From an uncultured Chitinophagaceae bacterium (GTDB taxonomy: Bacteria > Bacteroidota > Bacteroidia > Chitinophagales > Chitinophagaceae): a DNA stretch of 64,000 nucleotides. Made by a program: the position numbers and the translations under genes. The notes beneath the pieces are model-generated. The model was not told the DNA's origin, did no database searches, and was given only the letters and a program-made list of their open reading frames with translations. This document shows, in pieces, positions 49,328-59,402 of this stretch. The stretch is from positions 1,095 to 65,094 of the forward strand of contig CAZJDB010000154.1 of the NCBI GenBank assembly GCA_964544695.1, in the 5' to 3' direction. Each line of letters opens with the position of its first letter. Position 1 is the stretch's first letter.

Positions 49328-50419
49328 TCAGTCGGGCCTTTGGATAATCCCTCCGCCGACAACGTCATCCCCTTCGTAAAATACAGCGCTTTGCCCCGGC
49401 GCAATTCCCTTTGCCGACGAAAAGAAATGAACAGCCACGCTGCCATCCGCGGCAGGATACAGGTAGGCCGGTGTGCCCGGGTCCCTGTACCGCACCTTGG
49501 CCGTCACCTCCATCCCTGAAGGAACTGCATCGTACTTGATCCAATTCATTTTGCGGACGACCATGTCCGTGCGATCCAGGTCCGAAAGGTCCCCAAGCAC
49601 GACCGTATTCGTTTCGGGAATGATTTCAGTCACGTAAACGGGTTTGCCGAAGGTTATGTCCAGCCCTTTCCGCTGGCCTATTGTATAAAAAGGATATCCC
49701 TGGTGCGTTCCCAGTATATTCCCCTGGGGATCGACGAAATGACCGCCGCGGACGCGATCTTCGAGTCCGGGCACCTTCCTTTTGAGGAAGCCGCGGTAAT
49801 CATTATCCGGCACGAAGCAAATCTCATAGCTTTCGCTTTTTTTGGCCAGCTCAGGGTATCCGAAAGATTCGGCCATTTGCCGGATTTCGGTCTTGCGGTA
49901 GCCTCCCAGGGGAAGGAGGGTTCGGCTGAGGACTTCCTGGTCCAGGCCCCATAGGACATAACTTTGGTCCTTGAGGGGGTCGAGCCCCTTGCTGACCACA
50001 TACCTCCCGTTTTCCGACCGGATCAGGGCGTAATGTCCTGTGGCTATGTAGGCACAGCCCATGGCATCGGCCCTTTTGAGCAGGGCCTTCCACTTGATAT
50101 GCGTATTGCAAAGGACGCAGGGATTGGGGGTGCGTCCCGCCATGTATTCTTCCACGAAATTATCGATGACCGAATCCCCGAATTCGCTTCGGATGTCCAG
50201 GACATAATGGGGGAAGCCATTCTGGACGGCAGCCAGGCGAGCGTCATTGAAAGAATCCAGGTTGCAGCAACCCGTTTCCTTCTTCCCCGCGCCCGCAGAA
50301 GCATAATCCCAGGTTTTCATGGTGATGCCCACCACTTCGTACCCCGCCTTGTGCAGCATCAGGGCGGTAACGGTACTGTCGATACCCCCGCTCATAGCCA
50401 CAAGCACTTTTTCTGCCAT
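49328..50419 (-). CDS. mnmA: tRNA-specific 2-thiouridylase
   Basis: AMSGGIDS, TPNPCVLCN, ATGHY, KDQSY, TIGQRKGL, PGQSAVFY. Confidence 0.97.
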   Translation of the reverse strand: MAEKVLVAMSGGIDSTVTALMLHKAGYEVVGITMKTWDYASAGAGKKETGCCNLDSFNDARLAAVQNGFPHYVLDIRSEFGDSVIDNFVEEYMAGRTPNPCVLCNTHIKWKALLKRADAMGCAYIATGHYALIRSENGRYVVSKGLDPLKDQSYVLWGLDQEVLSRTLLPLGGYRKTEIRQMAESFGYPELAKKSESYEICFVPDNDYRGFLKRKVPGLEDRVRGGHFVDPQGNILGTHQGYPFYTIGQRKGLDITFGKPVYVTEIIPETNTVVLGDLSDLDRTDMVVRKMNWIKYDAVPSGMEVTAKVRYRDPGTPAYLYPAADGSVAVHFFSSAKGIAPGQSAVFYEGDDVVGGGIIQRPD

Positions 50420-50599
50420 AGGCAGCAAAGGTACAAAATAGGGGGCCCCCGGCGCCCATGCGACGGTCACGGCCCCGTAAAACCGCTTATCACGGATATA
50501 GTCCCCTAAAATACATGGGTAAAATACCCGGTTCGGGGCATTGACATGGGTTACTTTGCCCCTTACCTTTGTTATTATTCATGATTCAAACGAGCGGTT

Positions 50600-51013
50600 A
50601 TGATTAAGCTTCAAATTGTAGGAAACCTGGGACGGGACGGAGTCGTCAGAGAGGTGAATGGTAAAAATGTCATCAACTTCAGCGTAGCGCACACCGAGCG
50701 CTACAAAGATGGTACCGGCAACCTGAAGGAGCGAACCACCTGGGTGGATTGCTCCTATTGGACGGACAGAACGGGCGTAGCACCCTACCTCAAAAAGGGG
50801 ACCTTGGTGTACGCAGAAGGATCACCCAGCGCCGAGGCCTATACGGGCAAGGACGGGAATCCGGGAGTGGCCCTCCGTATGAGGGTGTCCAATGTACATT
50901 TGCTGGGATCCAGTCCCCGAAGTGAGGAAGGGCACGCTTCAGAAGCGGCAGTGGGTTCGACCGAATATGCAGCGTCGAACGGGGTGGATGCGGGGGATGA
51001 CCTACCCTTTTAG
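50600..51013 (+). CDS. ssb: Single-stranded DNA-binding protein
   Basis: VGNLGRD OB-fold start; acidic DDLPF C-terminus; TACCTTTG box at 50564-50571. Confidence 0.95.
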   Translation: MIKLQIVGNLGRDGVVREVNGKNVINFSVAHTERYKDGTGNLKERTTWVDCSYWTDRTGVAPYLKKGTLVYAEGSPSAEAYTGKDGNPGVALRMRVSNVHLLGSSPRSEEGHASEAAVGSTEYAASNGVDAGDDLPF

Positions 51014-51041
51014 TTTTCTTTCTCATGTCTAGATTGTCAGC

Positions 51042-51071
51042 GCGACGGTTGATCTCAACTGTCGCTTTTTT
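51042..51071 (+). terminator. Intrinsic terminator of ssb
   Basis: GCGACGGTTG...CAACTGTCGC stem then TTTTTT. Confidence 0.8.
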
Positions 51072-51101
51072 GGCGGAAATCCTTAAATCGTTTTAGCAGG
51101 C

Positions 51102-53315
51102 ATGAAAGTCCCTCTTTGGTTGCTGGCCTTAACGCTCGTGGGCCAGGCGAAAGCACAAAGCCCCGTCAAATACGTCAACCCTTTCATTGGAACGGCCGAC
51201 CACGGCCACACCTACCCGGGCGCCACGGTGCCCTTCGGGATGGTACAATTGAGCCCCGATAACGGACGCTCGGGCTGGGACTGGTGCAGCGGCTACAATT
51301 ACATCGATACGGTCATCCAGGGCTTTTCCCACCTGCACCTGAGCGGCACCGGTATCGGGGACCTTTGCGATATTTCCGTGATGCCTTCCGTGGGCATACC
51401 CGCAGGGACGACCCTGATCAAAAGCCGCTTCAGCCATGACGAAGAAAGCGCCAGGCCCGGGTATTACAGCGTAGTCCTGAAGGACTTCGGCATCAAGACC
51501 GAACTGACCACGAGCCTCCACGCGGGGATGCACCGGTACACCTTTCCAAGATCGGAGAATTCGATGATCCGACTGGATTTGGGCTTTTCCATAAACTGGG
51601 ACCGACCGACGGACTGCTATGTGGAGCGAGTCAACGATTCGATGTTCGTCGGATACCGGTATTCCACCGGGTGGGCGACCGATCGACGTGTTTATTTTGC
51701 TTTGCAATTGTCAAAACCCGTAAGGGAACTCAAATTATTCGGTCAGGCTCAAAGCGCGGACAGCGCCAGGGGTAAGGATGTCAAAGCTTGCATGGTCTTC
51801 GCCACTCAGCAAAATGAAAAGATACTCATGAAGGTGGGCCTCTCCTTCGCGGACATCGAAGGCGCAAAAAGAAGTCTTGAAGAGATCGAAGGTTGGGATT
51901 TCGATAAAACCAGCCGAAAAGCCGAAGCCGCCTGGGAAGCCCAGTTGAGGAAGATAACCGTCAACACCAAAGATGACAGGCTCAAAAGAACTTTTTACAC
52001 GGCGCTGTATCATTCTTTTGAAGCCCCGGTGACGTTTACCGACCGTGACGACCGGTACAAAGGGATCGATGGGAAACCGGTAAAAGCCGGCGGGACGCGA
52101 TACTCGGTGCATTCCATCTGGGATACCTTCCGCGCGGAGGACCCCCTGTTTACCATCCTGCAAAGCCAAAGGGTCCCCGACATCATCAACTCCTACCTGG
52201 ATTTCTACGACCAGTACGGCCTGCTGCCTGTCTGGGACCTCGAATTCAACGAGACCAACTGCATGACGGGCTACCATTCGGTGGCGGTGATCTCGGACGC
52301 CATCCTCAAGGGTATTAAAGGGTTCGATGTCGAAAAGGCGTACACGGCAATGAAGAAAAGTGCCATGCAAGACATCCGCGGCACGAACCTGTACCGCCGG
52401 TATGGCTTCGTTCCCCAGGACAAGCTGGGTTCCAGCGTGACCATCACCCTGGAATACGCCTACGACGACTGGTGTATCGCCCAGGTAGCGAAGCACCTGA
52501 ACAAAAACCAAGACTATAAGGAATTCATGATCCGGGCGCATTCCTACGTCCCATTATTCGACTCCCAAACTGGCTTCTTCCGCGCGAAGAATACGGACGG
52601 TTCCTGGGTGAACCCCTTCGACCCTTTCTACTCCGAGCACGATGCAAACAAGGCCATGTATACCGAAGGGGACGCCTGGCAGCATTCCTGGTTCGTCCCC
52701 CACGATCCCCAGGGCCTGATCGACCTGTTCGGGAGCAGGGAGGCCTATGTAGCCAAGCTGGACTCCCTGTTTATCGTCCCTTCCGCCCTGAAAGGAGACA
52801 ATACTTCTCCCGATATCAGTGGGATGATCGGCCAGTATGCCCAGGGCAACGAGCCCAGCCACCACATCGCCTACCTATATAATTATGCCGGGGAGCCCTG
52901 GAAGACCGCCGAAAAGATCCGCCTGATCATGGATAGCCTCTACACCGATGCCCCCGGAGGCCTTTGCGGCAACGAGGACTGCGGGCAAATGAGCGCCTGG
53001 TACGTGTTCAGCGCCCTGGGCTTCTACCCTGTGAATCCCGCAAGCGGGGAGTACGTACTGGGCAGCCCCCTGTTCGACAAATCCATTATTCAACTGCCCG
53101 GAAGCAAGGCATTCACCATCGAAGCCCGAAACAACACTCGAACGAACAAATACATTCAAAGCGCGACCCTTAACGGGAAGCCCTATTCAAAGTCCTACAT
53201 CACCCACGCGGATATCATGAATGGCGGAGTCCTCGAATTGGTCATGGGCCCCCGGCCAGGCGCAACCTGGGGTACAAAAAAAGCAAACCTCCCGACTTCC
53301 ATGACGCAACCCTAG
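51102..53315 (+). CDS. GH92 family alpha-mannosidase
   Basis: VNPFIGT..HGHTYPGA..PFGMVQLSPD, WDTFRA, GNEPSHH, GNEDCGQMSAWY. Confidence 0.94.
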   Translation: MKVPLWLLALTLVGQAKAQSPVKYVNPFIGTADHGHTYPGATVPFGMVQLSPDNGRSGWDWCSGYNYIDTVIQGFSHLHLSGTGIGDLCDISVMPSVGIPAGTTLIKSRFSHDEESARPGYYSVVLKDFGIKTELTTSLHAGMHRYTFPRSENSMIRLDLGFSINWDRPTDCYVERVNDSMFVGYRYSTGWATDRRVYFALQLSKPVRELKLFGQAQSADSARGKDVKACMVFATQQNEKILMKVGLSFADIEGAKRSLEEIEGWDFDKTSRKAEAAWEAQLRKITVNTKDDRLKRTFYTALYHSFEAPVTFTDRDDRYKGIDGKPVKAGGTRYSVHSIWDTFRAEDPLFTILQSQRVPDIINSYLDFYDQYGLLPVWDLEFNETNCMTGYHSVAVISDAILKGIKGFDVEKAYTAMKKSAMQDIRGTNLYRRYGFVPQDKLGSSVTITLEYAYDDWCIAQVAKHLNKNQDYKEFMIRAHSYVPLFDSQTGFFRAKNTDGSWVNPFDPFYSEHDANKAMYTEGDAWQHSWFVPHDPQGLIDLFGSREAYVAKLDSLFIVPSALKGDNTSPDISGMIGQYAQGNEPSHHIAYLYNYAGEPWKTAEKIRLIMDSLYTDAPGGLCGNEDCGQMSAWYVFSALGFYPVNPASGEYVLGSPLFDKSIIQLPGSKAFTIEARNNTRTNKYIQSATLNGKPYSKSYITHADIMNGGVLELVMGPRPGATWGTKKANLPTSMTQP

Positions 53316-53989
53316 GCCTGCAGACGCCCGGTTTCCGCAAAACTGTAGTAGCCTTGGGAGCTTACGATCACATGATCCATCAACAGGATGTCCATGAGTT
53401 GGCACGCATGGTAAACCTTTTTAGTGGCTTCCACATCCGCATGGCTGGGTGTCAAAGAGCCCCCAGGGTGGTTATGACACAGGATAATGGACGTCGCAGT
53501 AACTTCCAGGGCCATCTTCATGATAATGCGCACATCCACCGCGGCCGAAGAAATACCTCCCCAGCTCAGCTTCTCCTCGCGCTTCACTATATTGGATTGG
53601 TTCAGGAAAAGCACTACAAACACCTCGTTGATATGGTCCACCAGCATTGGTTGCAAATACCGCACAGCTTCTTTGGCGCTCCGTATCGGTTTTCCGCGCA
53701 AAGGCGTTACCAACCGCCGCCGGCCCAGCTCGATCACTGCCACCAGGGAAACTGCCTTTGCCGTGCCGATACCCTTAATTTGCTTTAGTCTCCAGACATC
53801 CATGTTCCATAGCCGCTCCAACTCGTTTTTGGGGCCAAGGATTTCACGGGCCAGGTCCACGGCAGAAATCCCTTTATGACCAATGCGAAGGAAAAGTGCA
53901 AGCAATTCCGCATCCGTAAGCGATTCTGCGCCGAATTTCAGCAACTTTTCCCTTGGTCTCAAATCCTCGATCCAGTCTTTGATCGCCAT
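53312..53989 (-). CDS. radC: RadC/JAB domain protein
   Basis: RPREKLL..GAESLTDAELLA, GIGTAKA, HNHPGG..TPS.AD, DHVIV. Confidence 0.93.
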   Translation of the reverse strand: MAIKDWIEDLRPREKLLKFGAESLTDAELLALFLRIGHKGISAVDLAREILGPKNELERLWNMDVWRLKQIKGIGTAKAVSLVAVIELGRRRLVTPLRGKPIRSAKEAVRYLQPMLVDHINEVFVVLFLNQSNIVKREEKLSWGGISSAAVDVRIIMKMALEVTATSIILCHNHPGGSLTPSHADVEATKKVYHACQLMDILLMDHVIVSSQGYYSFAETGRLQA

Positions 53990-54037
53990 AACTAGAACTT
54001 TTGATTTTTGTTTACCTTTAACGCACATACATCTCCC

Positions 54038-55009
54038 ATGCAAGCGAATACCGCGAAAATCTTCTCAGGCACAGGCTCCCAATACCTTGCAGAAAAAATC
54101 GTCCGCAGCTACGGTTCCAAGCTGGGTAGGATCAACGTATCCCGGTTCAGCGATGGAGAAATCCAGCCGGTTTTCCAGGAAAGCATCAGGGGAGACTATG
54201 TGTTCCTGATACAAAGCACGTGCTCGCCCGCCGACAATTTAATGGAGTTGCTGCTGATGATCGACGCCGCCCGGAGGGCCTCCGCTTATAAGGTGATTGC
54301 GGTTATCCCCTATTACGGGTATGCCCGCCAGGACCGTAAGGATAAACCCCGAGTCGCCATCGGTTCTAAGCTGGTAGCCAATATGTTAGTTGCGGCGGGG
54401 GCGGACCGGGTCATTACCATGGACCTGCACGCGCCCCAGATCCAGGGGTATTTCGATATACCCGTGGACCATTTGGACAGCTCCGCGATTTTTATCCCTT
54501 ACATTGAGCAATTGAAGCTGGAAAATCTTACCTTTGCCGCCCCTGACGTGGGTAGCGCCAACCGGGTCCGCGAGATCGCCAGCTATTTCGACTCCGAAAT
54601 GGTGATTTGCGACAAGCACCGGAAAAGGGCCAACGAGATCGCCAGCATGGTCGTGATCGGGGATGTGACGGGCCGGGATGTGGTGTTGATCGATGACATC
54701 TGCGATACGGGGGGCACCCTGGCGAAAAGCGCCGGGCTGCTCATGGAAAAGGGAGCCAGGAGTGTGAGGGCCCTGTGCACACACCCCGTGCTGAGCGGCA
54801 AAGCCTATGAGAACATCGAAAACAGTGTGCTGGATGAGTTGGTGGTCTGCGATACCATCCCCCTGAAGCACCAAAGCAGGAAGATCAAGGAAGTATCGGT
54901 ATCCGACTTGTTTGCCGTTGCGATCCGGAATGCATTCGAGAACAAAAGCATCACCAGCCTGTTCATCCACTCGCAACTGAAGGAAAAGAGACAATTAAAT
55001 ACTCAATAA
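54038..55009 (+). CDS. prs: Ribose-phosphate pyrophosphokinase
   Basis: FSDGE, PYYGYARQDRK, DLHAPQIQG, IDDICDTGGT. Confidence 0.97.
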   Translation: MQANTAKIFSGTGSQYLAEKIVRSYGSKLGRINVSRFSDGEIQPVFQESIRGDYVFLIQSTCSPADNLMELLLMIDAARRASAYKVIAVIPYYGYARQDRKDKPRVAIGSKLVANMLVAAGADRVITMDLHAPQIQGYFDIPVDHLDSSAIFIPYIEQLKLENLTFAAPDVGSANRVREIASYFDSEMVICDKHRKRANEIASMVVIGDVTGRDVVLIDDICDTGGTLAKSAGLLMEKGARSVRALCTHPVLSGKAYENIENSVLDELVVCDTIPLKHQSRKIKEVSVSDLFAVAIRNAFENKSITSLFIHSQLKEKRQLNTQ

Positions 55010-55014
55010 AAAAA

Positions 55015-55674
55015 ATGAAAACAATTACAATCGAAGGACAACTGAGGACCGAATTTGGAAAAAAAGCCACCCTCCACATTCGCTCTCAGGAACTGGTGCC
55101 AGGTGTAATTTATGGGGGTGCTCAGGAGGTGAATTTCGCCGTGCCTGCAGCCGATTTGAAACCTCTGGTGTATACTTCGGAATTCCAGTTCGTTGAGATC
55201 AAGGTCGACGGCAAGGTCTACAAATGTATCATGAAGGACCTCCAGTTCGGCAAGGTATCGGACGAGCTGATCCACATGGACCTGTTGGAAATGGTAGCCG
55301 ATAAAAAAGTCGTCGCGACCATCCCCCTGAAGTTCGTGGGGGTCTCGGAAGGTGTCAAGGAAGGGGGTAAGCTGGTAACGAAGATGAAGTCGCTCAAGGT
55401 AAAAGCGCTGCCCAAGCACCTGACCGAAAATATCGAAGTCGATATTACCTCCTTGCAGATCAACGGGAATATCCGGGTAGAGGACGTGAAGGCTCCGAAT
55501 TTCGAAATCCTCAATTCCCCGCGTATCCCGGTAGCTTCCGTGGTGACCACGCGGGCCCTGCGTCAGGAAGATGCCGCCACGGCGCCCAAGAAGGAAGCCG
55601 CCGCTGCACCTGCCGCCGCTGCACCCGCTGCCGCCGCCAAGCCCGCTGCCGCCAAGCCCGCAGCCAAAAAGTAA
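55015..55674 (+). CDS. rplY: 50S ribosomal protein L25 (Ctc form)
   Basis: R...GK.A...R....VPGVIYGG, IHMD, GVKEGG; prs-rplY-pth synteny; Ala/Pro/Lys tail. Confidence 0.95.
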   Translation: MKTITIEGQLRTEFGKKATLHIRSQELVPGVIYGGAQEVNFAVPAADLKPLVYTSEFQFVEIKVDGKVYKCIMKDLQFGKVSDELIHMDLLEMVADKKVVATIPLKFVGVSEGVKEGGKLVTKMKSLKVKALPKHLTENIEVDITSLQINGNIRVEDVKAPNFEILNSPRIPVASVVTTRALRQEDAATAPKKEAAAAPAAAAPAAAAKPAAAKPAAKK

Positions 55675-55696
55675 GACGTGTGACCTTTTAAATAAC

Positions 55697-55735
55697 CAGG
55701 CTCCGCTGCATTTTACGGCGGAGCCTGCGCTTTTT
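55697..55735 (+). terminator. Terminator-like hairpin between rplY and pth
   Basis: CAGGCTCCGC...GCGGAGCCTG then CGCTTTTT. Confidence 0.6.
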
Positions 55736-55739
55736 GAGC

Positions 55740-56318
55740 ATGGAGAAGTATCTGATCGCGGGCCTGGGCAACATAGGCCTGGAATACGAGCACACCCGCC
55801 ATAATGTCGGGTTTGACGTGGTGGACGCACTCCTCCGCAAGCATGGGGGAGACCTGTCCACCCAGCGCCTGTCTATCCACGCGGAAATCCGGCTCAAGGG
55901 CCGCCTCCTGGTCTGCATCATGCCAACTACATACGTGAACAACAGCGGCAAAGCAGTCAGGTATTGGATGGAGAAGGAGAATATCCCCATCAAGCAAATC
56001 CTGGTAGTGGTGGATGAACTGGCATTGCCTTTGGGTAAACTTCGGTTACGCACAGGCGGTAGCGATGCCGGCCACAATGGCCTAAAGGACATAAAAGCCG
56101 CGCTGGGCACGGATCAATACCCCAGGCTGAGGTTTGGAATAGGCAACGATTTCCCCAAAGGGAGGCAAATCGACTATGTCCTGGGTAAATGGGATGAAAG
56201 CGAAGTTCCCCTCGTTCAGGAACAGATAGCGCAGGCCGTTGGGGCCATAGAATCCTTTGTCCTTGAGGGAATCGACAAAACGATGAATAAAGTAAATAAT
56301 TCCACCCCAGGTAGGTAG
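55740..56318 (+). CDS. pth: Peptidyl-tRNA hydrolase
   Basis: GLGNIG.EY..TRHNVGF, PTTYVNNSG, GHNGLK, RLRFGIG. Confidence 0.96.
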   Translation: MEKYLIAGLGNIGLEYEHTRHNVGFDVVDALLRKHGGDLSTQRLSIHAEIRLKGRLLVCIMPTTYVNNSGKAVRYWMEKENIPIKQILVVVDELALPLGKLRLRTGGSDAGHNGLKDIKAALGTDQYPRLRFGIGNDFPKGRQIDYVLGKWDESEVPLVQEQIAQAVGAIESFVLEGIDKTMNKVNNSTPGR

Positions 56319-56368
56319 AATTTTTGTTATTTCTTATATTCGCTGGCAGTACTACAAAATCTCGTCAG

Positions 56369-56977
56369 ATGAAAATCTTTTGTGTAGGGAGAAACTATGC
56401 AGAACACGCTAAGGAACTAGGAAACGATATACCCGAGGAACCTGTCATCTTCATGAAGCCCAAAAGTGCGCTCCTGCAGACACATATGCCGTTTTACTAT
56501 CCTGAGTTTACCAATGAGCTGCATTATGAAGTGGAGCTCGTTCTGCGCGTCAGCAAAAACGGAAAGTATATACAAGACCGTTACGCTTCCCGGTATTACA
56601 ACGGGATCACAGTGGGTATCGACTTTACGGCCAGGGACATCCAGCAGGATCTGAAGCAAAAGGGGCTGCCTTGGGAAAAAGCCAAGGCCTGGGATAACTC
56701 GGCGGCCATAGGCACCTGGAAGGACTTGAACGCAGACCACCGGAAGCACGTCAATTTCTGCCTGTACAAGAATAAGGAATTGGTGCAGCAAGGCAATAGC
56801 GGCAATATGCTGTTCAACTTCGATAAAATTGTGGCGAATATTTCCCAATATTTCTCCCTCAATATCGGGGACATCATCTTTACGGGTACCCCTGCAGGGG
56901 TCGGGGAATGCGTAGTGGGAGACGAACTGGAGGCATTTCTGGAGGACGATTCCCTGTTAAAGGTCGAAATCAAGTAG
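56369..56977 (+). CDS. Fumarylacetoacetate hydrolase family protein
   Basis: CVGRNYAEHAKEL, HYEVEL, DFTARD, GDIIFTGTPAGVG. Confidence 0.93.
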   Translation: MKIFCVGRNYAEHAKELGNDIPEEPVIFMKPKSALLQTHMPFYYPEFTNELHYEVELVLRVSKNGKYIQDRYASRYYNGITVGIDFTARDIQQDLKQKGLPWEKAKAWDNSAAIGTWKDLNADHRKHVNFCLYKNKELVQQGNSGNMLFNFDKIVANISQYFSLNIGDIIFTGTPAGVGECVVGDELEAFLEDDSLLKVEIK

Positions 56978-57016
56978 GCCTTTTTTTATGCCCACCCGGA
57001 AAACGAATGTTAGTTT

Positions 57017-59068
57017 ATGGCGGACACCGAATTATTGCTGAAAGCCTATCGCCTGATGTGCCTGGCGGCTGCCATGGCCGAGACTTATGAACGCAACCGG
57101 AATATTGCCAAATATGTCCATTCCACATCCAGGGGTCATGAAGCCATCCAACTGGCCACTGCCTTCCACCTCCAGCCCCGGGATTTCGTAAGCCCCTATT
57201 ACCGCGACGAAAGCCTTCTCCTGGGCCTGGGCTTCACGCCCGGGGAATTGATGCTTCAATTGCTGGCCAAAGGGGATGACCCATTTACAGGCGGAAGGGA
57301 ATATTATTCGCATCCCAATTCAAGGGACCCCCAAAAACCGACCATCATCCATCAAAGCAGCGCCACGGGCATGCAGGCCATACCCACCACGGGGATCGCC
57401 CAGGGTTTGCAATACCTGGAGGCAATCGGACGGCCCTGGAGCGAAAGCCCGTCCGTCGTGGTCTGCTCCCTGGGCGATGCCAGCGTCACCGAAGGAGAGG
57501 TTAGCGAGGCTTTCCAGTTTGCCGTCCTGAAAAAACTGCCCATCATCTACCTCGTCCAGGATAACGGTTGGGGCATCAGCGTGCACGCTTCAGAAAGCCG
57601 GGCCATGGACGCCTACACCTATGCCGGCGGGTTCACCGGGATGCATCGGATAAAGGTGGACGGAGCCTCCTTCGAGGATAGTTTCCGCACCATGGAAGAG
57701 GTGTTCGCCCATGTGCGCCTTCACAAGGAGCCCTGGCTGGTCCACGCGCGCGTCCCCCTGCTGGGTCACCATACCAGCGGGGTGCGCAAGGAATTTTACC
57801 GCGATGAGCGTGATTTGGCGGCCCACGCCCAGGATGACCCCCTTCCCAGGTTAAGGAACCTGCTTTGGGAACGCGGCGTACCCGCCGAGCGTCTGGAAAG
57901 TATTGCCGCCTCCGCAAGGGAAAGGGTTGCCGTGGACTTCAAAGCCGCCGTGGAAGCCCCCGATCCCGACCCGGCTACCGTGGGAGATCACGTCTTTGTA
58001 CCGACGTCAATAACGGCAGAGCGAGGCGACCGTGTACCGAAAGACGGCGAAAAAGTAATGATGGTCGATGCGGCCCTGCACGCCCTGGAAGAAATATTAA
58101 AAGACCACCCCGAAGCCCTGTTCTACGGTCAGGATGTAGGCCGCCGCCTGGGTGGCGTCTTTCGGGAAGCCGCCACGCTTGCCCAGAAATTCGGGGATCA
58201 CCGCGTCTTCAACACGGCCATACAGGAAGCCTACATCATCGGTTCCACCGTCGGCCTGACGGCCCTTGGGCTCAAACCCGTGGTGGAGGTCCAGTTCGCC
58301 GATTATATATACCCGGGAATGAACCAACTGGTTACGGAGATCTCAAAGTCCTGTTACCTGAGTGCGGGAAAATTCCCCCAGTCCACCATTATTCGGGTTC
58401 CCATAGGCGCTTACGGGGGCGGCGGACCCTATCATAGCGGAAGCATAGAAACGACCCTGCTTTCCATCAAGGGCATCAAGGTGGCCTACCCCTCCAATGC
58501 GGCCGATATGAAAGGCTTGATGAAAGCCGCCTTCCTGGACCCCAATCCCGTCATCATGCTCGAGCACAAGGGGCTCTATTGGAGTAAGGTGCCCGGGACC
58601 GAAAACGCGCGCCAAATCGAACCGGCACAGGATTATATCCTTCCCCTTGGAAAAGGGTGCATCGTGCGGGCTGCTGATCCCGCGGCCGTTAAAAACGGCG
58701 AAAGTTGTTGCGTGATCACCTATGGGATGGGCGTATATTGGGCGGTGGCCGCCGCCACGCGATTGAATAACCAGGTCGAAGTCATCGACCTGCGGACCCT
58801 GTTCCCCCTGGATGAAGACCTCGTCATGTCGACCGTGAAGCGTCATGGTAAATGCCTGGTTCTCACTGAAGAACAACAAAATAATTCCTTCGCCGAAGCC
58901 CTGGCTTCCCGGATCAGCCGGGAATGCTTCCCCTGGCTGGACGCTCCGGTTGAGGTCCAGGGAGCCCTGAACCTGCCCGCAGTACCCATGAATGCCGCCC
59001 TGGAAGCGGCCATGTTACCCGGTCCTGATAAGGTATTCCACCGCTTACAAATTCTTTTGCAATCCTGA
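57017..59068 (+). CDS. 2-oxoacid dehydrogenase E1, fused alpha/beta (branched-chain type)
   Basis: TPP motif GDASVTEG..DNGWGIS; YGQDV..GGVFR, VEVQFADY, GGPYHS, IDLRTL.PLD. Confidence 0.9.
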   Translation: MADTELLLKAYRLMCLAAAMAETYERNRNIAKYVHSTSRGHEAIQLATAFHLQPRDFVSPYYRDESLLLGLGFTPGELMLQLLAKGDDPFTGGREYYSHPNSRDPQKPTIIHQSSATGMQAIPTTGIAQGLQYLEAIGRPWSESPSVVVCSLGDASVTEGEVSEAFQFAVLKKLPIIYLVQDNGWGISVHASESRAMDAYTYAGGFTGMHRIKVDGASFEDSFRTMEEVFAHVRLHKEPWLVHARVPLLGHHTSGVRKEFYRDERDLAAHAQDDPLPRLRNLLWERGVPAERLESIAASARERVAVDFKAAVEAPDPDPATVGDHVFVPTSITAERGDRVPKDGEKVMMVDAALHALEEILKDHPEALFYGQDVGRRLGGVFREAATLAQKFGDHRVFNTAIQEAYIIGSTVGLTALGLKPVVEVQFADYIYPGMNQLVTEISKSCYLSAGKFPQSTIIRVPIGAYGGGGPYHSGSIETTLLSIKGIKVAYPSNAADMKGLMKAAFLDPNPVIMLEHKGLYWSKVPGTENARQIEPAQDYILPLGKGCIVRAADPAAVKNGESCCVITYGMGVYWAVAAATRLNNQVEVIDLRTLFPLDEDLVMSTVKRHGKCLVLTEEQQNNSFAEALASRISRECFPWLDAPVEVQGALNLPAVPMNAALEAAMLPGPDKVFHRLQILLQS

Positions 59069-59402
59069 GTTGATTCGAATTTGCCTAGTTTCATCCGATC
59101 ATCCCAGGCATGCACCGCTCACAAGGAAGATTTACCAGATTATATGGGAATTGTCGTCACGAAGGGAATCGTAGATATCTTTATTCATTGAACCTTACGG
59201 ATTTTAACCCGGATCTGTACAAATATTAATCATGAAAGCTTCGCTTATACGAAGGCTTTTCCATTTGTCCACATTTGGGTTTTTCATGCAAATAATATTG
59301 TTCATTTTGTCGTTTATTGTAACGCCATGAATCCCCCCAACGTCTTATAAAGGCGTGAGGGTAATTAAAGTATAGCCAATAATTAAACGCGTAACGCTGT
59401 TT

